The translations under genes and the position numbers were made by a program. Positions 24,387-36,380 of a DNA stretch of 64,000 nt are shown piece after piece. The DNA is from Felis catus (taxonomy: Eukaryota), in contig NC_058383.1 of assembly GCF_018350175.1 (NCBI RefSeq), positions 2,976,001 to 3,040,000 of the forward strand. Reading direction: 5' to 3'. Below the pieces are notes generated by a model. The model was not told the DNA's origin. It did not search any database and saw only the letters and a list, made by a program, of their open reading frames with translations. Every line of letters starts with the position of its first letter. The stretch's first letter is position 1.

Positions 24387-27379
24387 TGTTTGCATCTGTT
24401 TTTAAAGGCTGTGCCAACAGGATCTGCTGACAAATTCCACACAGAGCGTGGTTGCCTGGGTGTGCACGTGCCCACATGCAGATGTGCCCCCTCCCCAAAA
24501 AAAAGGGAGAAAGCAGAGCCAAGGATGAACTCTGTTTTCCACTTGAGAAACTGTCCACTGAAATGGGGAAACTGAGAACAGTGGGTGGAAGGGGGGCATG
24601 TACACCGTGAGACGGCTCACACATCCAGGTGGAGTCGTACAAGTGTGAGTTACGCTCTGGAGAGGCCCAGGTTAGGGATGAGATTGAGGGCTCACTGGAG
24701 TAGCAAAAAGCTTAAATCCGTGGGAATGGATGAGGCCACTCAGGGAGCACACAAAGATGAGCGGAGAGGTGTTTTGAACTGAAACCTGGACTCTCCAGTA
24801 TATAGAGATTAGGGTGCTGTGGAGGAAACAAGCAGGGAGACTGGACGGAGCAACCAGAGTGGCAGGAGGAGTGCGGAGGTGGTGTCCTGGGAGCCAGCAG
24901 ACAAGGGAAGGCGGCTGTGTCAGCTGCCGCGGAGTCAGGGGGCGAGGGGGGTGATGGTGCGCTGACACTCGAACATTGGGTTCAGCCACCGGGCTTGATT
25001 GGTGACCTTAGAAGAGCAGTTTTGAAGAAGTGATATTGGTGGAAACCTAACTGGAGTGGGTTCAAAAGGCAACGGGAAGAAAGAAATTGGAGATTTCCAA
25101 ACTGGAGTTGGTTGTAAATGGCAGTAGAGAAAAGTAGTAGTAGCTGGAGTTGGGAGTGACGAGCTTTCAAGAAAGGCTTTTAAAAATTTTAATGGGAGGG
25201 TGCTTGTAGGCTCAGGAGGAAGAGTCCAGTGGACAGGGAGAAGTTAATGAGAGGGAGAGGGAATAGAATTGCTGGAATTATGTTCTTGGTGCAGTGAGCA
25301 AGTACAGGTTTTGGCCGTGGATGGGGCCATGGCCAGTGTGTCTAGAGTATAGGTGGTGGGCGGGATGTCCAGGTGTGACAGGCAGGTGGGGAGAACTGGT
25401 GGACTCTGAGCCACGGCTCCTCCCATTGTTTCTCCTTTCCCAGAAAAACTGGAATGAGGTGGAAATGGGGAGGTTTGAGGAGAGGGTGTCTAATTGTCAT
25501 CTCGAGGAGTGGGAGAGGCCAAGCAGACAGTGGGGTTGTCAGGCGGTGCCACGGCCCGTTCGGGTTTGTGATCATGAATTTAAAGGGAGCCCAGCCGGTG
25601 TAGGTGTGTGTCTTTCTCCAAATGTAGTCTGCCACCTGGGAGTAGAAATGGAGTTGACAAATGAAAGAGAGCAGGTTATTCTTGTAAACCAGGGCGGGTA
25701 TCTCCCCATGGGTTCAAGCCACCAGGAGTGGGTCCTGGGCGTGTCGGGTCATTTCTTGCTGCCTCTGCTCTTCCTTCGAGTAGTGGATTTGTGTTGGGCA
25801 GCTTGTTCATTCGCACTGAGGAGAAAGCCTCTTTGCTCTGAGTTTGCTTAGACCCCTGTCTGCCTTTTTGTATCTTGTGAGAGCTTGATGGCGTAGTGTA
25901 TTCACTCCCCATGCACACCCTGAGTGTGGCTGGTTGCTGAGAGAGTGGAATTAACTCAGTAGTGTCTCCCAGCACCAGCAACCTGGAAAATGCTTTTTTA
26001 GCGGTTAGATGTACTGTCTCCTTCTGATTGCAAAGACCTCTATTCTTGAATTGGGCCAGCATTAATTCCTGTCACCTCTCTCTTCTCGTAAAGTCCCATT
26101 TCTGATGAAGGGACGGCTTCTGGAACAGGTGGGATCAACATGGAAGCTGTATTTAGAGTTGGTCTTCCACTCATTTTCCCCCACCTGCCCTGTTACTTCC
26201 TGTCTCAGTTGATTTGTAGATGATTTCTTCTCCCTGGAGTTCCTTAACTCCCTATTCTCTGACCAGTAAAAAAACAAAACAAAACAAAAAACTATCGCAT
26301 TTAATGTAATGTATTTTTCGTATGCAATTTTGTTCACTTAAATAAAATTCACAATTGATCAAGGACTTCAAATGGGGTTGGGGTACAGATTAATGAGATA
26401 ATAATATATCCCTGTTCTCATAATTCACATTTCAGCCTTTATATGACTTGTTGTTTTTACCATCCAATTTTACATTGTGGGACCTATCACATATTTTTGT
26501 TATGATACCAATTTCACTATAAACTGGCAATATGTTGTGTATATTGGAGAAAATTTTTAAAGTCTCTGTTTGCCCCTATGATTTGATGCAACTTCCATTT
26601 AATAATGATTGTTTTTAGATTGAGATCTTATCAGCCTCTTTTTTATATCGTTTATTTTCCCCATATTCAGTAATGTGACTATACATATTCCATATATATT
26701 TGGAAATTTTTTTGTTGTCTACAGATAATTATTTGGTGGAATTTTTATTTTTAGTTGCTGTAGTTTCCTCCATCACTTTGCTCTGGACTGCGGGATGAGA
26801 TGGTTGCTTTCATTTCTCTTTTTCACCATCATGATTGTGTTTCCTGCAGTCCCATTTATTTTTGTCAGGTTTTCCTCCATGCCATCAATCTGTCTCATTT
26901 GTGTACTGGTTCTATTTCTTTTTCTTTTCTCCATGGCCCCACGGAGCCATGGATGGTCTTTTATTTGCTTGATTTTCATTCCTGATGCATATGCAAACCA
27001 TTGGAGTATGCAGTTTTGCATCCTGGGTATGTCTTCCAGACTTAGCTTTATATTACTAGGAAGGTATCTGTCATTTGGGCACCTCTGAAAGTCTTTATTC
27101 TTGAGACTTCTCTCTGCTTACCTTTGTTAATGTTCACATGGCAGGTTGTCATTTCAATTGCTATAAATCTATCTTCAGTTTTAGTATTGTGTAATTACAT
27201 AAATTCTGTTCTCGCTGGCACACCTCGGGTCTGGGGGTCCGTTCTTAATGTTGCTGGTGGTCACTAACTGTTATTTTGCCATTTATAGTGAGCGAGTCTA
27301 CATCTTTAGATGATGATATTTCTCTCTGACAAAAGTTTGTTACGTACACGTTTCTGTTAACATGTCAATTTAGCAAATC

Positions 27380-27860
27380 TTTATTAAATACCCACAGTGT
27401 GAGGTGCGTAAGTAACAGGAATACTGTGGTGAATATGGTGCCCCTGGCAGAACCACTTTCCAGTGTAGGGGGCGGACAGTAAGCAGATAAATAGAACCCA
27501 GCAGAAAGCTACAAGATGGCGTTAGCCTGTGAAGACAGAACTGAAGACGTGGCGTGTGGTCAGGGAAGGCCTCTTGGGAGAGGTGCCGTCCAAGCAGAGG
27601 CCTGATCCATGTGATGGAATGAAGGACAGTGTAGGGAAGGAAGCAGCCGGTGGAGAGGCCTGGAGCAGAGCTCGGGTGGACCGTCTGAGGGGCGGCGGGA
27701 AGGTCGGGGAGCCGGATGGTAGTCAACTAGGGAGTGAGTGGAAGAAGATGAAGTTGGAGATACGGCAGGGGCAAACCAAGGGCCTCATGGGGCACAAGAA
27801 AGAGTGTGGATTTTTTGTCAATGGAGGATTTGTCCTCAAGGCGGAGGATTTTTAGATGGG
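27380..27860 (-). mobile_element. L2 fragment
   Basis: gtggtcagggaaggcctcttgggagaggtg...gaaagagtgtggattt. Confidence 0.7.
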
Positions 27861-27869
27861 CAAGGTTGT

Positions 27870-28860
27870 GAAGTTGTTTGCATTTGTTAAGAAACATAAA
27901 ACCCCGAAATGCACAAAACCATAAAAACACGCCCTGCATAACCACAATAGATGTCTGAATCCGGAAATCAGTGTTAACGCAACACTCTTTCCTGTTCACA
28001 TTTCAGTGTCCATCCCAACCTCTGCCATCTCCTTTCTGCTCCGGTGTCCACATGTCCCCTCTCCTGGCTGTGTCTCCTGTCTCTTTTCGTCTTCGTCAGT
28101 TTCTTGGTCTTCCCCCTGTCTTCACATTGTGGACGCTTGTCAAGAGTTCAGGCCTTTCATTTTCCAGGATCCTCCTCAGCCTGGGTCTGTCCAGCGTTTC
28201 CTCCTGTCCACACTCAGGCTGGAATTTTGGCAGAAACCCCACAGAATTGATAGTGTTCTCTTCTTAGCAAGTCTTATCAGGAGACACACCGTGTCTACCT
28301 GTTCCACCACTGGCAGTGTCAGCCCTGGTCACCTGGTCACCAGTTTGCCATTTGTAGCTGATCAGTATTTGGGAGAGGATACTGCAAGACGGCGCCAATA
28401 CTCTGTTCCTCAGCAAATCCTCCCGCCAACGTGAGCACCCACTGATGACTGCCACCTCAATCGGCCAACGTGAGCACCCACTGATGACTGCCACCTCAAT
28501 CGGCCATCGTGCTGTGGGGGTGATTTTTTTTTTAACACCGTCATTCCTTCCACACTTACTAGCAGGCATTCTGTCATAAGGAGGGACTTTTCCTTCCCTT
28601 CCATTTCCTTATGTGTTGTATCTGCTACCGCCATTCATTATCTTGGTGCTCAAACTGCCCAGGATTCCGTCAGTGTGAGCCCCTTCAGGCGGGGTCCGGT
28701 GCCTTTCTGTCATGCCTCCATCATTGTGAGTGCTTACTTTTTGAACAGGTACATTTTCTAGGCTCATCTTGTTTTTATGGTGGAACCAACCACTCATTCA
28801 AGGAGTCTTGGTTCCCTTTTAGTAGAGGATGGAATTTAGAAACCACGTCCTAGGCACTTG
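27870..28860 (-). mobile_element. L1MC-type 3' UTR fragment
   Basis: ttttggcagaaaccccacagaa, tcttatcaggagacacac, aaggagtcttggttcccttttagtagaggatggaatttagaaacca. Confidence 0.75.
28425..28506. repeat. Perfect 39-bp tandem duplication
   Basis: gccaacgtgagcacccactgatgactgccacctcaatcg x2 plus gcca. Confidence 0.97.
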
Positions 28861-29604
28861 GTGTACTTGTTGTGTGTAGGCGTCTAGATTCCTAGGAAGT
28901 TATGGCTGTGAGAGATTTGGGGATTCATCATTGTAAAGTCGGAATGAGTGATCTCACTCTTGTGTCTTTCACGAACCATGTTAAGCTGTTTGTGTGTGAG
29001 GTGGGGGTAGAACGTTGGGTTAATTGATGTTGGGCTCTCCGGGTTGTGGGATAGAGGGAGAGGGGAACTAGGGAGTTAGGGGTGCTTGTGAGAGCATGAC
29101 TGTAGTGATGGACTGTGGAATCTAAACTGGGGAGAGGTTGGGGTAGGACATGGACAGAGGAGTGGCCAGTAGAGATGTTCTGTTGGTCTGTGGGCTGGAG
29201 ATCTCAATGGAAGTCAGGTCTTGTTTGGGGTGCGTCAGCAGGACTGCCTGGTTGCACAGCCCCAGCAGCACAATGTGGTGGCCTCGGTCATTAAGCTGGT
29301 GGGCCAGGGACATGGACAGTTAAGAGTGGGATTTTTGTCAAAGTCTCTAGGGCATAATGATGGAAGGGCGTGACGGAGTTGGGATGAAGAAAAGTTCTTC
29401 AGAAATGACAGCAGCAAAGAACTGAGAGATCAGCATGATGGATGGTCCTTCTGTGTGTGTGTTGCATGATGGCAGATACCATGATGGTGTGAGAAAGGCG
29501 GTACCTTGGTGCTGCCTGTTCCACCAGTGACAGGAAAGGGTGCCTGGCAGGTAAGTAGCTGGTCTTAGTAAGATGCAGAGAGTGGAATGGTCTGGTAAGC
29601 AGAA

Positions 29605-29999
29605 TAATATGAATACGTTGCCTTCCTGATGAAGGGACTTTGCAGATGTGATTACATGAAGGTTCTTGTGATGGCGAGGTCGTCTGGGTGTGCCAGAACC
29701 ATCACCAAGGTGCCTCTGCGAAGGGAGGCAGGAGGTCAGAGGAGACCACGTGATGGCGGCGGTGGAGCAGAGAGACTAGAGAAGCCACAGGCTTTGGAGG
29801 TGGGGGAAGGGTCCCTGAACGCAGAAGGAAAGGCATCTGGAAAGGCAGGGACCAGAAAATATGGAGCCCTGTGACAGCTTCATTTTAGCCCACAGAGGCC
29901 CATTTTGGATTCTGAGCTCCATGACTTTAATAAATTTGTGTCATTTTAAGCCACCGAGTTTGTGGTGACTTGTTAGAGCAGCAATAGGAGAATAATCCA
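29605..29999 (+). mobile_element. MaLR LTR (MLT1C/D-like)
   Basis: agggactttgcagatgtgatta...aataaatttgtgtcattttaagccaccgagtttgtggtgacttgttagagcagcaatagga. Confidence 0.9.
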
Positions 30000-31440
30000 G
30001 GTGACTCAAGGCTAATCCTTCAAATTTGTAGCCAGCTTTGATTGAGGGGAAAGATCTGGAACCAGCTGTGGCATAGGGGGTGTGGGAGAAAAAATGGCTG
30101 CCACCTACAGAGGGGGTTCAGGGGACAGCCTGGCTTTTGATTAAAGAAGGAAGGGTCGGGGTACCCAGGGAAGAAGGTGAGGGTGTTGTAGGGGTAGGGC
30201 CGGCGGTGTCCATGGGGCAGAGTGAGCGGCAGGGTGTGGAAGTCAGGAGAGGGGGAGTTGGAATCCTCTCGCTGCATGGAGAGAATTCTGTGGGGTTAAG
30301 AATCTGCATGATGCTAGACAGACTCAGGGGCCGAAAGTCCTTCTTGTGGCCGAAGTTGAAATCAAGGAACAGGAATTTAAGGCAAAATGGGATCGCTCTC
30401 GAGAATGGTGGCTGATCTGGTCTCATTCTGATCCCTGTGTTGGGCCGGTCTGCTAGGCAGTATTGTAGCAGTGGCCACCATGCCACTCCCCCTCGCCAGG
30501 GCTTGGCCGGGCCCCAGCTGGGGTCCTCCCCTTACAGACCGGGAAGGCACTTGAGGGGCTGGAGAGATGCCTGAGGGTATGTCCCCACGCCAGGGTGAAA
30601 TAGCCTGAGCTCAGCTCATCTCGCCCAGGCGCTCTGTTACACCTACAGTAGAGAGCACAAGCCCCCTCTGTAACCGTTATCCTCAGCCCCCTCCCCGCCC
30701 CGGCTTTAAAAGAAACCTGTGCGCATAGAGATTGTATAAGGAAGAAAGCAAATTATTCACTCATGTAATTAGCATATTTATTTACTCTTCATCTGATGTG
30801 GTTTCACACAGTGGACATCACGCTATATATACACTTCTGCATCCTGCTTTTTTAAACAGAATGTACCTCATAGCCATTTCCCCTTCTTTTTACCATTACT
30901 TAGAAGAGCCCTTTAATGTAAAAAAGTAGTATTCCATCATATAAATCAGTCCTAATTCCACACTGCGTACCTTCAGATTTCTAAGCTTTGCTTATTATGT
31001 GATGAATACTTTTCTGGATAAAATTCTATACTTAAGACTTATTCCTTGGGGTGGAGTTCTAAGAATGTCTTAACTGGATCAAAGAGTAAGAGCTTCTAAG
31101 GACTTTTGAAAAGTATTGTTAAATTATATTCCTCAAACCTAGTGCCAACTTATACTTGCACTAATGATGTGTATGTAAGTACCCATTATGTACCCAACTC
31201 AAATGATGATGAGTTTCTTTACATACATTTTAAAATAATTATACAGTACACCACGGAGTCTTAGACATGACCCATTTCAACTTGCCTAAGAGTAGGAATT
31301 AGGTGTTTTTGGTACAAGAACTGTTTTTGTGGTATCTCTCACACATGTTCATTACTCTCCTGCTTAAACCCTTCTGAAGAAAGTTGATGAATGTTATGTT
31401 TTTTTCAGTGGCTAATTGTATTAAAATTTTAGGCCTTTCC

Positions 31441-31566
31441 TTGGTGTCTGGGTGGCTCATTCGGTTAAGTGACTGATTCTTGGTTTCGGCTCAGATCGTG
31501 ATCTCATGCTTTGTGAGTTCGAGCCCCACATTGGGCTCTGTGCTGTCAGTGTAGAGCCTGCTTGGG

Positions 31567-31623
<57 letters not shown>

Positions 31624-31655
31624 AAATAAATAAACGTTTTGTTTTAAAGAAACTT
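31441..31655 (+). mobile_element. CAN-SINE with long (CT)n
   Basis: SINE body. TSD ttttaggcctttcc / ttttaggcttttcc. Confidence 0.93.
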
Positions 31656-31939
31656 TAAAAATTTTAGGCTTTTCCAAGTTACGAAAGGAAATGTCTTTTT
31701 ATCATACTGTGTCTGTGTGATAACCTATAGAAGGTATTTACTTAAACTAGTTCTTAGAATGTCTATTACCCATGAGAGAACTAGAAAAACCAAGCCAGAA
31801 AGGAGAAGGAGGGAAGAGAACTTAAAAGATTCACTCCTGTTTTACAGAGAAGTGTATGGATAGAATGAACAGTAGTGGGAAGAGTGAGTGTACTCCTGTT
31901 GTTTGTGGTGTTACTGACAGAGTCCTACTTGTTTTCTCT

Positions 31940-32116
31940 TTCTTTTTTTTTTTCAGAGTTTATTTTGAGACAGAGGGAGAGCAAGTAGGGGAGGGGCAGA
32001 GACCCACGCTGTCAGTGCAGAGCCTGACACGCGGGGCTTGAACTCACGAAGAGTGAGATCACAACTGGGGCTGAAACTGAGTTGGGCGCTTAACCAACTG
32101 AGCCATCCAGGCACCC
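31940..32116 (-). mobile_element. CAN-SINE (internally deleted)
   Basis: gcttaaccaactgagccatccaggcaccc. TSD ctacttgttttc / ctgcttattttc. Confidence 0.92.
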
Positions 32117-32671
32117 ACTGCTTATTTTCAAATAGCTTGGTTGGCATATAAGTAACATTGTGTATTTCAAGACATCGTGTGTTACGTTGAGTATGGAGTT
32201 ACATATGTGCATGGCTGAGAAATAAAAACGAAAGCCGCAGTGGCTGAAGTCAGAGCTGGAATACCAGCATTCGTTGAATTCCTGAGGAGTAATACTGGAG
32301 AGTCTGTGACGTTACATCTCTCAACAGACTTACGTGAGAAAGTTTTTTCCTGGAAGAATTAATTGCTTACCGTATTGTTTCTCTGTGTGTAAGAACATAG
32401 ACAACTATTCAGAAGGTCATATCTAAATATTCCTAAAATTCATTTCTCCATGCAACATCCTTATTGTACCGTTGATCATCCCTGTTAAATTTTCATTGGT
32501 TTGGAAATGATATGGCTGATGTTTGGAATTGTGCTGTTAGAATGTTCTACCAAAATAGCTCTGCTTCATGTACCAGCGAATGAATCATTCATTGAAGAGT
32601 CTAACAAGATTTGACTAATGTGAACTCTAGTCTGCATATTGGATCTGTTCCCGACTGTCAGGCCACGGTAC

Positions 32672-32763
32672 TGACCCTCGAACTACGTGGATCTTTTTGG
32701 TTGATGTTAAATGACCCTTGAACTATGTGGATCTTTTCAGTTGATGTTAAATGTGGATCTTTT
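32672..32763. repeat. 40-bp imperfect tandem duplication plus a partial third unit
   Basis: tgaccct(c/t)gaacta(c/t)gtggatctttt(tg/ca)gttgatgttaaa x2, 36/40 identical. Confidence 0.93.
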
Positions 32764-33212
32764 GTTAAGTCCGTGTTTTCACTTGAATAATTCAGGGGCA
32801 AATTTTGGATTGGTTTTAATCTGTGCCCTATATTAGTGCTTAGTGCAAGTCCTCTGTTTAGCCTGAGTTTTGTCTTGAATTGTTGATGATTATTTGACTT
32901 TAGTTATTCATGGGTTAGGAGAAATGCGGCAGAAATTTAGTCTTTATTTGAATAATGGATATTTGGAAGGCCAAATTGAGGATAAATTTAACTTGTACTT
33001 TTTTAAAATTAAAAAAAAAATTGAATTTTAACTACCTGAAATTTGGGCAGTTAATTTGTCTTTCAGATTTTTTACACCCAAGTTTTCCTAGCCACATTCT
33101 TAGTTTAGCCAGAGGGAATGTAGATTGGCTGGAATGTAGCACTGTAGAGGGAATTTATTTGTGTCACTGTTCACATAGTCAAATGTAAGTGATCTTAATA
33201 TATTCATTTTTT

Positions 33213-33415
33213 GGGGGGCACCTGGGTGTCTCAATCGGTTGAGTGACTGACTTCAGCTCAGGTCATGATCTCCCTGTTGGTGAGTTTGAGCCTGGCATTG
33301 GACTATCTGCTGTCACTGCGGAGCCTGCTTTAGATTCTCTGTCCCCCACACCCCCCTCTCTGCACCTCCCCTGCTTGTATACACTCTCTCAAAAATAAAC
33401 ATTGAAAAAAATATA
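33213..33415 (+). mobile_element. CAN-SINE
   Basis: ggggcacctgggtgtctcaatcggttgag...aaaaataaacatt. Confidence 0.93.
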
Positions 33416-34384
33416 TAAATATGTGTGTGTGTGTATATACACACACACACACACAGAATCATCCATACTATTTCCTTCCCCATTTGTGTAGATAATTCAC
33501 TTAATTTCATTACTTATTTTTCTTGCTTCCATCTGGGTACTGACATTTATGGAAGTAATATGTGGGAGACTTTATTCTTGAAAAAGAAATGATGTTGGTT
33601 TACTACTTATGCTTATCTGAACAGTGTAAAGTTTTCCACATTAATATTTTAAACATACAAGTAATTCATAGGAAATACTTTGCAGCTCAGGTAAAATAGG
33701 CTGAGAAATTAAGGAGCTTTTGTTTTAAGCTTGATTCATTTATTTGTACCGAAGTAGCACATTCAGTGACACCCCATTTATCTGGTCATTTTCCAGAATA
33801 AGATGGAATTTTCCAGGTAACTGATCATAAATTAGTTTTCCAGGTAACTGAATCTTACACCTTCAAGGACTAAAATCTTCTAAATCTAACTGTTTTTGAT
33901 GGAAATCTTTATAAAATAAGTTATACAGTTTCTACCTTCTTCTGCACATTTTCTTAATCAGAGGGTACTCAGTGTAATTTAATCTCTTTTTCTGATGACT
34001 CAGGACCACTACCTTGACATGAAATAGCTGAGCGTTACGCCTCCTTTTGAATTTTTTTTCCTCCTTGGATTGGTAATAAGCTGTTGTTTCCCTGGCTGTT
34101 GTATGTGTCTCTGATAATTCCTCCTGCACCCTTTATGATTTTGCTTTCTGTTCTCCATGGCTTGTGAAACCCAAGTTGTTAGGAATTCCTGCTGATGGAA
34201 AATCAGAACCCAGGAGGTTCAGAGTGAGGCCCAGGGAGGCATGTTGCCGTAGCGCCGTTCTCCTCCTTCCGCGTCGGGCGTCCACGTTGCCCCGGATTGG
34301 TCTGGATAAAGCTCTGTTCTGAAAGCTTGGTGGCTGAGAGGTCACTGACTCACGGTATGTGATGTCCTAGCCGGTACCTTCACC

Positions 34385-34520
34385 GTTCCCCCACAGGTGA
34401 GTAAACAGAACCTTAAGAGAGCATTCGGGGAATCACCCTGGTTTAACAGACCAAGTCATGTCAGTGTTGAGGGTTTGAGACTCAGTCTCCTGTCTCCAAG
34501 CCCGGTGCTTTTGCACTGTG
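34385..34520 (-). mobile_element. MIR fragment
   Basis: cccccacaggtgagtaaacaga...gggtttgagactcagtctcctgtctccaagcccggtgctttt. Confidence 0.6.
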
Positions 34521-35689
34521 ACTGAGGTGCTAACTGCAGCTGCTGATCAAGAGTGCGGTCGTCTGTCTCGGTGGATAAAAGACTGTTCTTTCTCGATGGG
34601 TCTTTTGTTGTTCACCCTCCTACCTAGACTGGAGAGCCAGAGAATGGTCCTGATGTTCTCCACAGTCTCCGTTCAGTTTTGCCTGGTTTACAACCTAAAG
34701 AGTTCTACAAGCTTCCCTCTACATCTCTGTTACATGGTCCCGGTTTAATCCCTTGTCGTCTCTTGCCATTTTTCCTTCTTTGTTCTGTCTGCTCCCTGCC
34801 TCTGGAGTCGTCCTCAAAGGCACCATCCACTTGGCAAATGTAAGCACTCAGGAAATGGAGAAAATACGGGGCTGAAGAGGGAGACAGAGATGGGGAGACT
34901 GTAACAAACACGGGCACCCGAGGCCTAGAGAATGCATAGCAGTTGGTAGAAAAATAAAAACACCCAAATACAGGTGGAAAATAGTCGAATTATGCACGTA
35001 GAAGTGTGAAAGGAAATGCTTCTGGTGTCACAGCCAGCCCAAACCATGTGACAAAGATAGAGGATGACACAGTGAAAATCCCGAATGTGTATGGTGTATA
35101 ACAGCCAGTGCTCTCTTATCACCTCCTTGAAGATTAATGTTGGTGCTGATCAGACTCTGATGAGAATTCCATTTCCAAGTACAGACAGGGCTGAAGGCTG
35201 TGAAGTCTACTGCGTAAACTGAAAGTTGAATAAGAAGACCCACTTGTGGAGATTTACGGAAGCAGAGTTAGTGTGACTTGAAAAGGAGAGGTTAAGGGAG
35301 AGCTTGCGTGTGACTTCAGCCTGCAAGTGGTATTGTTCCGAAGGTGGTGTCAGAATAAATTCTGTATGTTCTCCGGGCAGCAAGGGGTCACATTTTAAGT
35401 GCTTTTGTTTTTATCAGTGTAGTGCCTGTACTCTATAAGGGAAGCCAGTCGGCACCGTGAGGTTAGGATGAAAAATAGCAGTGCCAGGTCATCTGCTTAT
35501 CCCGGAATGTGGAAGCTCACGTCCTGGGAGGTCTTTGGTATTCCTTCATTGATAGTTGCTTTCTCCCTTTCTGTCCTTTCGTCTTTTTATTTTATTTTTT
35601 AATTTTTTTTCTGATAACCACATTTTTATTTAATATACGTTGTGTACATTTTCCCATTTCACTCCATATTCTTTGACAACAGTTTTCCT

Positions 35690-35834
35690 TTTGTCTTTTG
35701 GAAGTAGGCTTCATGCCCAGCGTGGAGCCTGACACATAGCCCCACACGGGGCTTGAAGTCCAGATCCTGAGCTCGAACCGGAGCTGAGACCCAGAGTCCG
35801 CTGTGCTTAACCTTCTGGGCCTCTTAGGCGCCCC
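35690..35834 (-). mobile_element. Older short CAN-SINE subfamily
   Basis: gtaggcttcatgcccagcgtggagcctgac...ggggcttgaa...aggcgcccc. Confidence 0.8.
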
Positions 35835-36040
35835 TCCCTGTTTGTCTTTTATGTTTTCAGAGCTCAGAGCTCTTGCTAGTTTCTTGTTGGGCTTGCTGGG
35901 GCCGGTCCTCCTCTTATAACCTGGTTTTCTCTCCTGTTGTCTGTCTCTTTGGCTTCCCCTGTTCGGTGTTTCACAATGTTTCTTTCTTAGCTCTTGGAGG
36001 ATATTTTCTTCCTCTTTCTTCATTGCCGCCTCTTGCATCT

Positions 36041-36380
36041 CTTTTTTAATGGAGGCAAAATTGGGATATAAGTTTCAAGTTTGATTGTAAAGCAACATCG
36101 GTATGCACTACAAAGTGATCACTCTGAAAAGTCTGGTTTTTATCTGTGGCCGTACACTTGACCGCCTTCACCCATTTCGTCCCCCCACCCCCCCACCCCC
36201 CTAACCCCCTTACCCTCTAGGAACAGTCAATCTCTTCTCCGTACCTGTGAATTTGTTTTTCTGTTGCTTTGCTTTGTTTTTTTAGAGCCTACATGTATGA
36301 GTGAAATCATACGGTATTTTCTCCATCTGACTGACTTTGTTCAGTGTGATACCCTCAAGGCCCATCCACGTTGTGGCACG
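36041..36380 (-). mobile_element. Carnivore L1 (L1_Carn/L1MA9-like) 3' end
   Basis: tgagtgaaatcatacggtatttt...gataccctcaaggcccatccacgttgt. Confidence 0.85.

Larger units (their letters stand above)
23500..25650 (-). mobile_element. Long L2a remnant interrupted by two SINEs
   Basis: gatgacatttgagcaaagacctg, tcactctggttgc, gggaatggatgaggccac, ttggtgaccttagaagagcagtttt. Confidence 0.8.

Noticed and set aside
25294..25851. Longest ORF (185 aa)
   Set aside because: Non-ATG start, overlaps degraded L2 sequence, no recognisable domain.
26795..27088. Hydrophobic 97-aa ORF resembling a membrane peptide
   Set aside because: T-rich sequence, probably decayed antisense L1, gives Phe/Leu-rich frames by composition.
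28425..28506. CRISPR-like repeats (also 32672-32763 and the triple 17-mer at 23919-24403)
   Set aside because: Only 2-3 copies, no unique spacers of uniform size, mammalian context. Explained as tandem duplications or TSDs.
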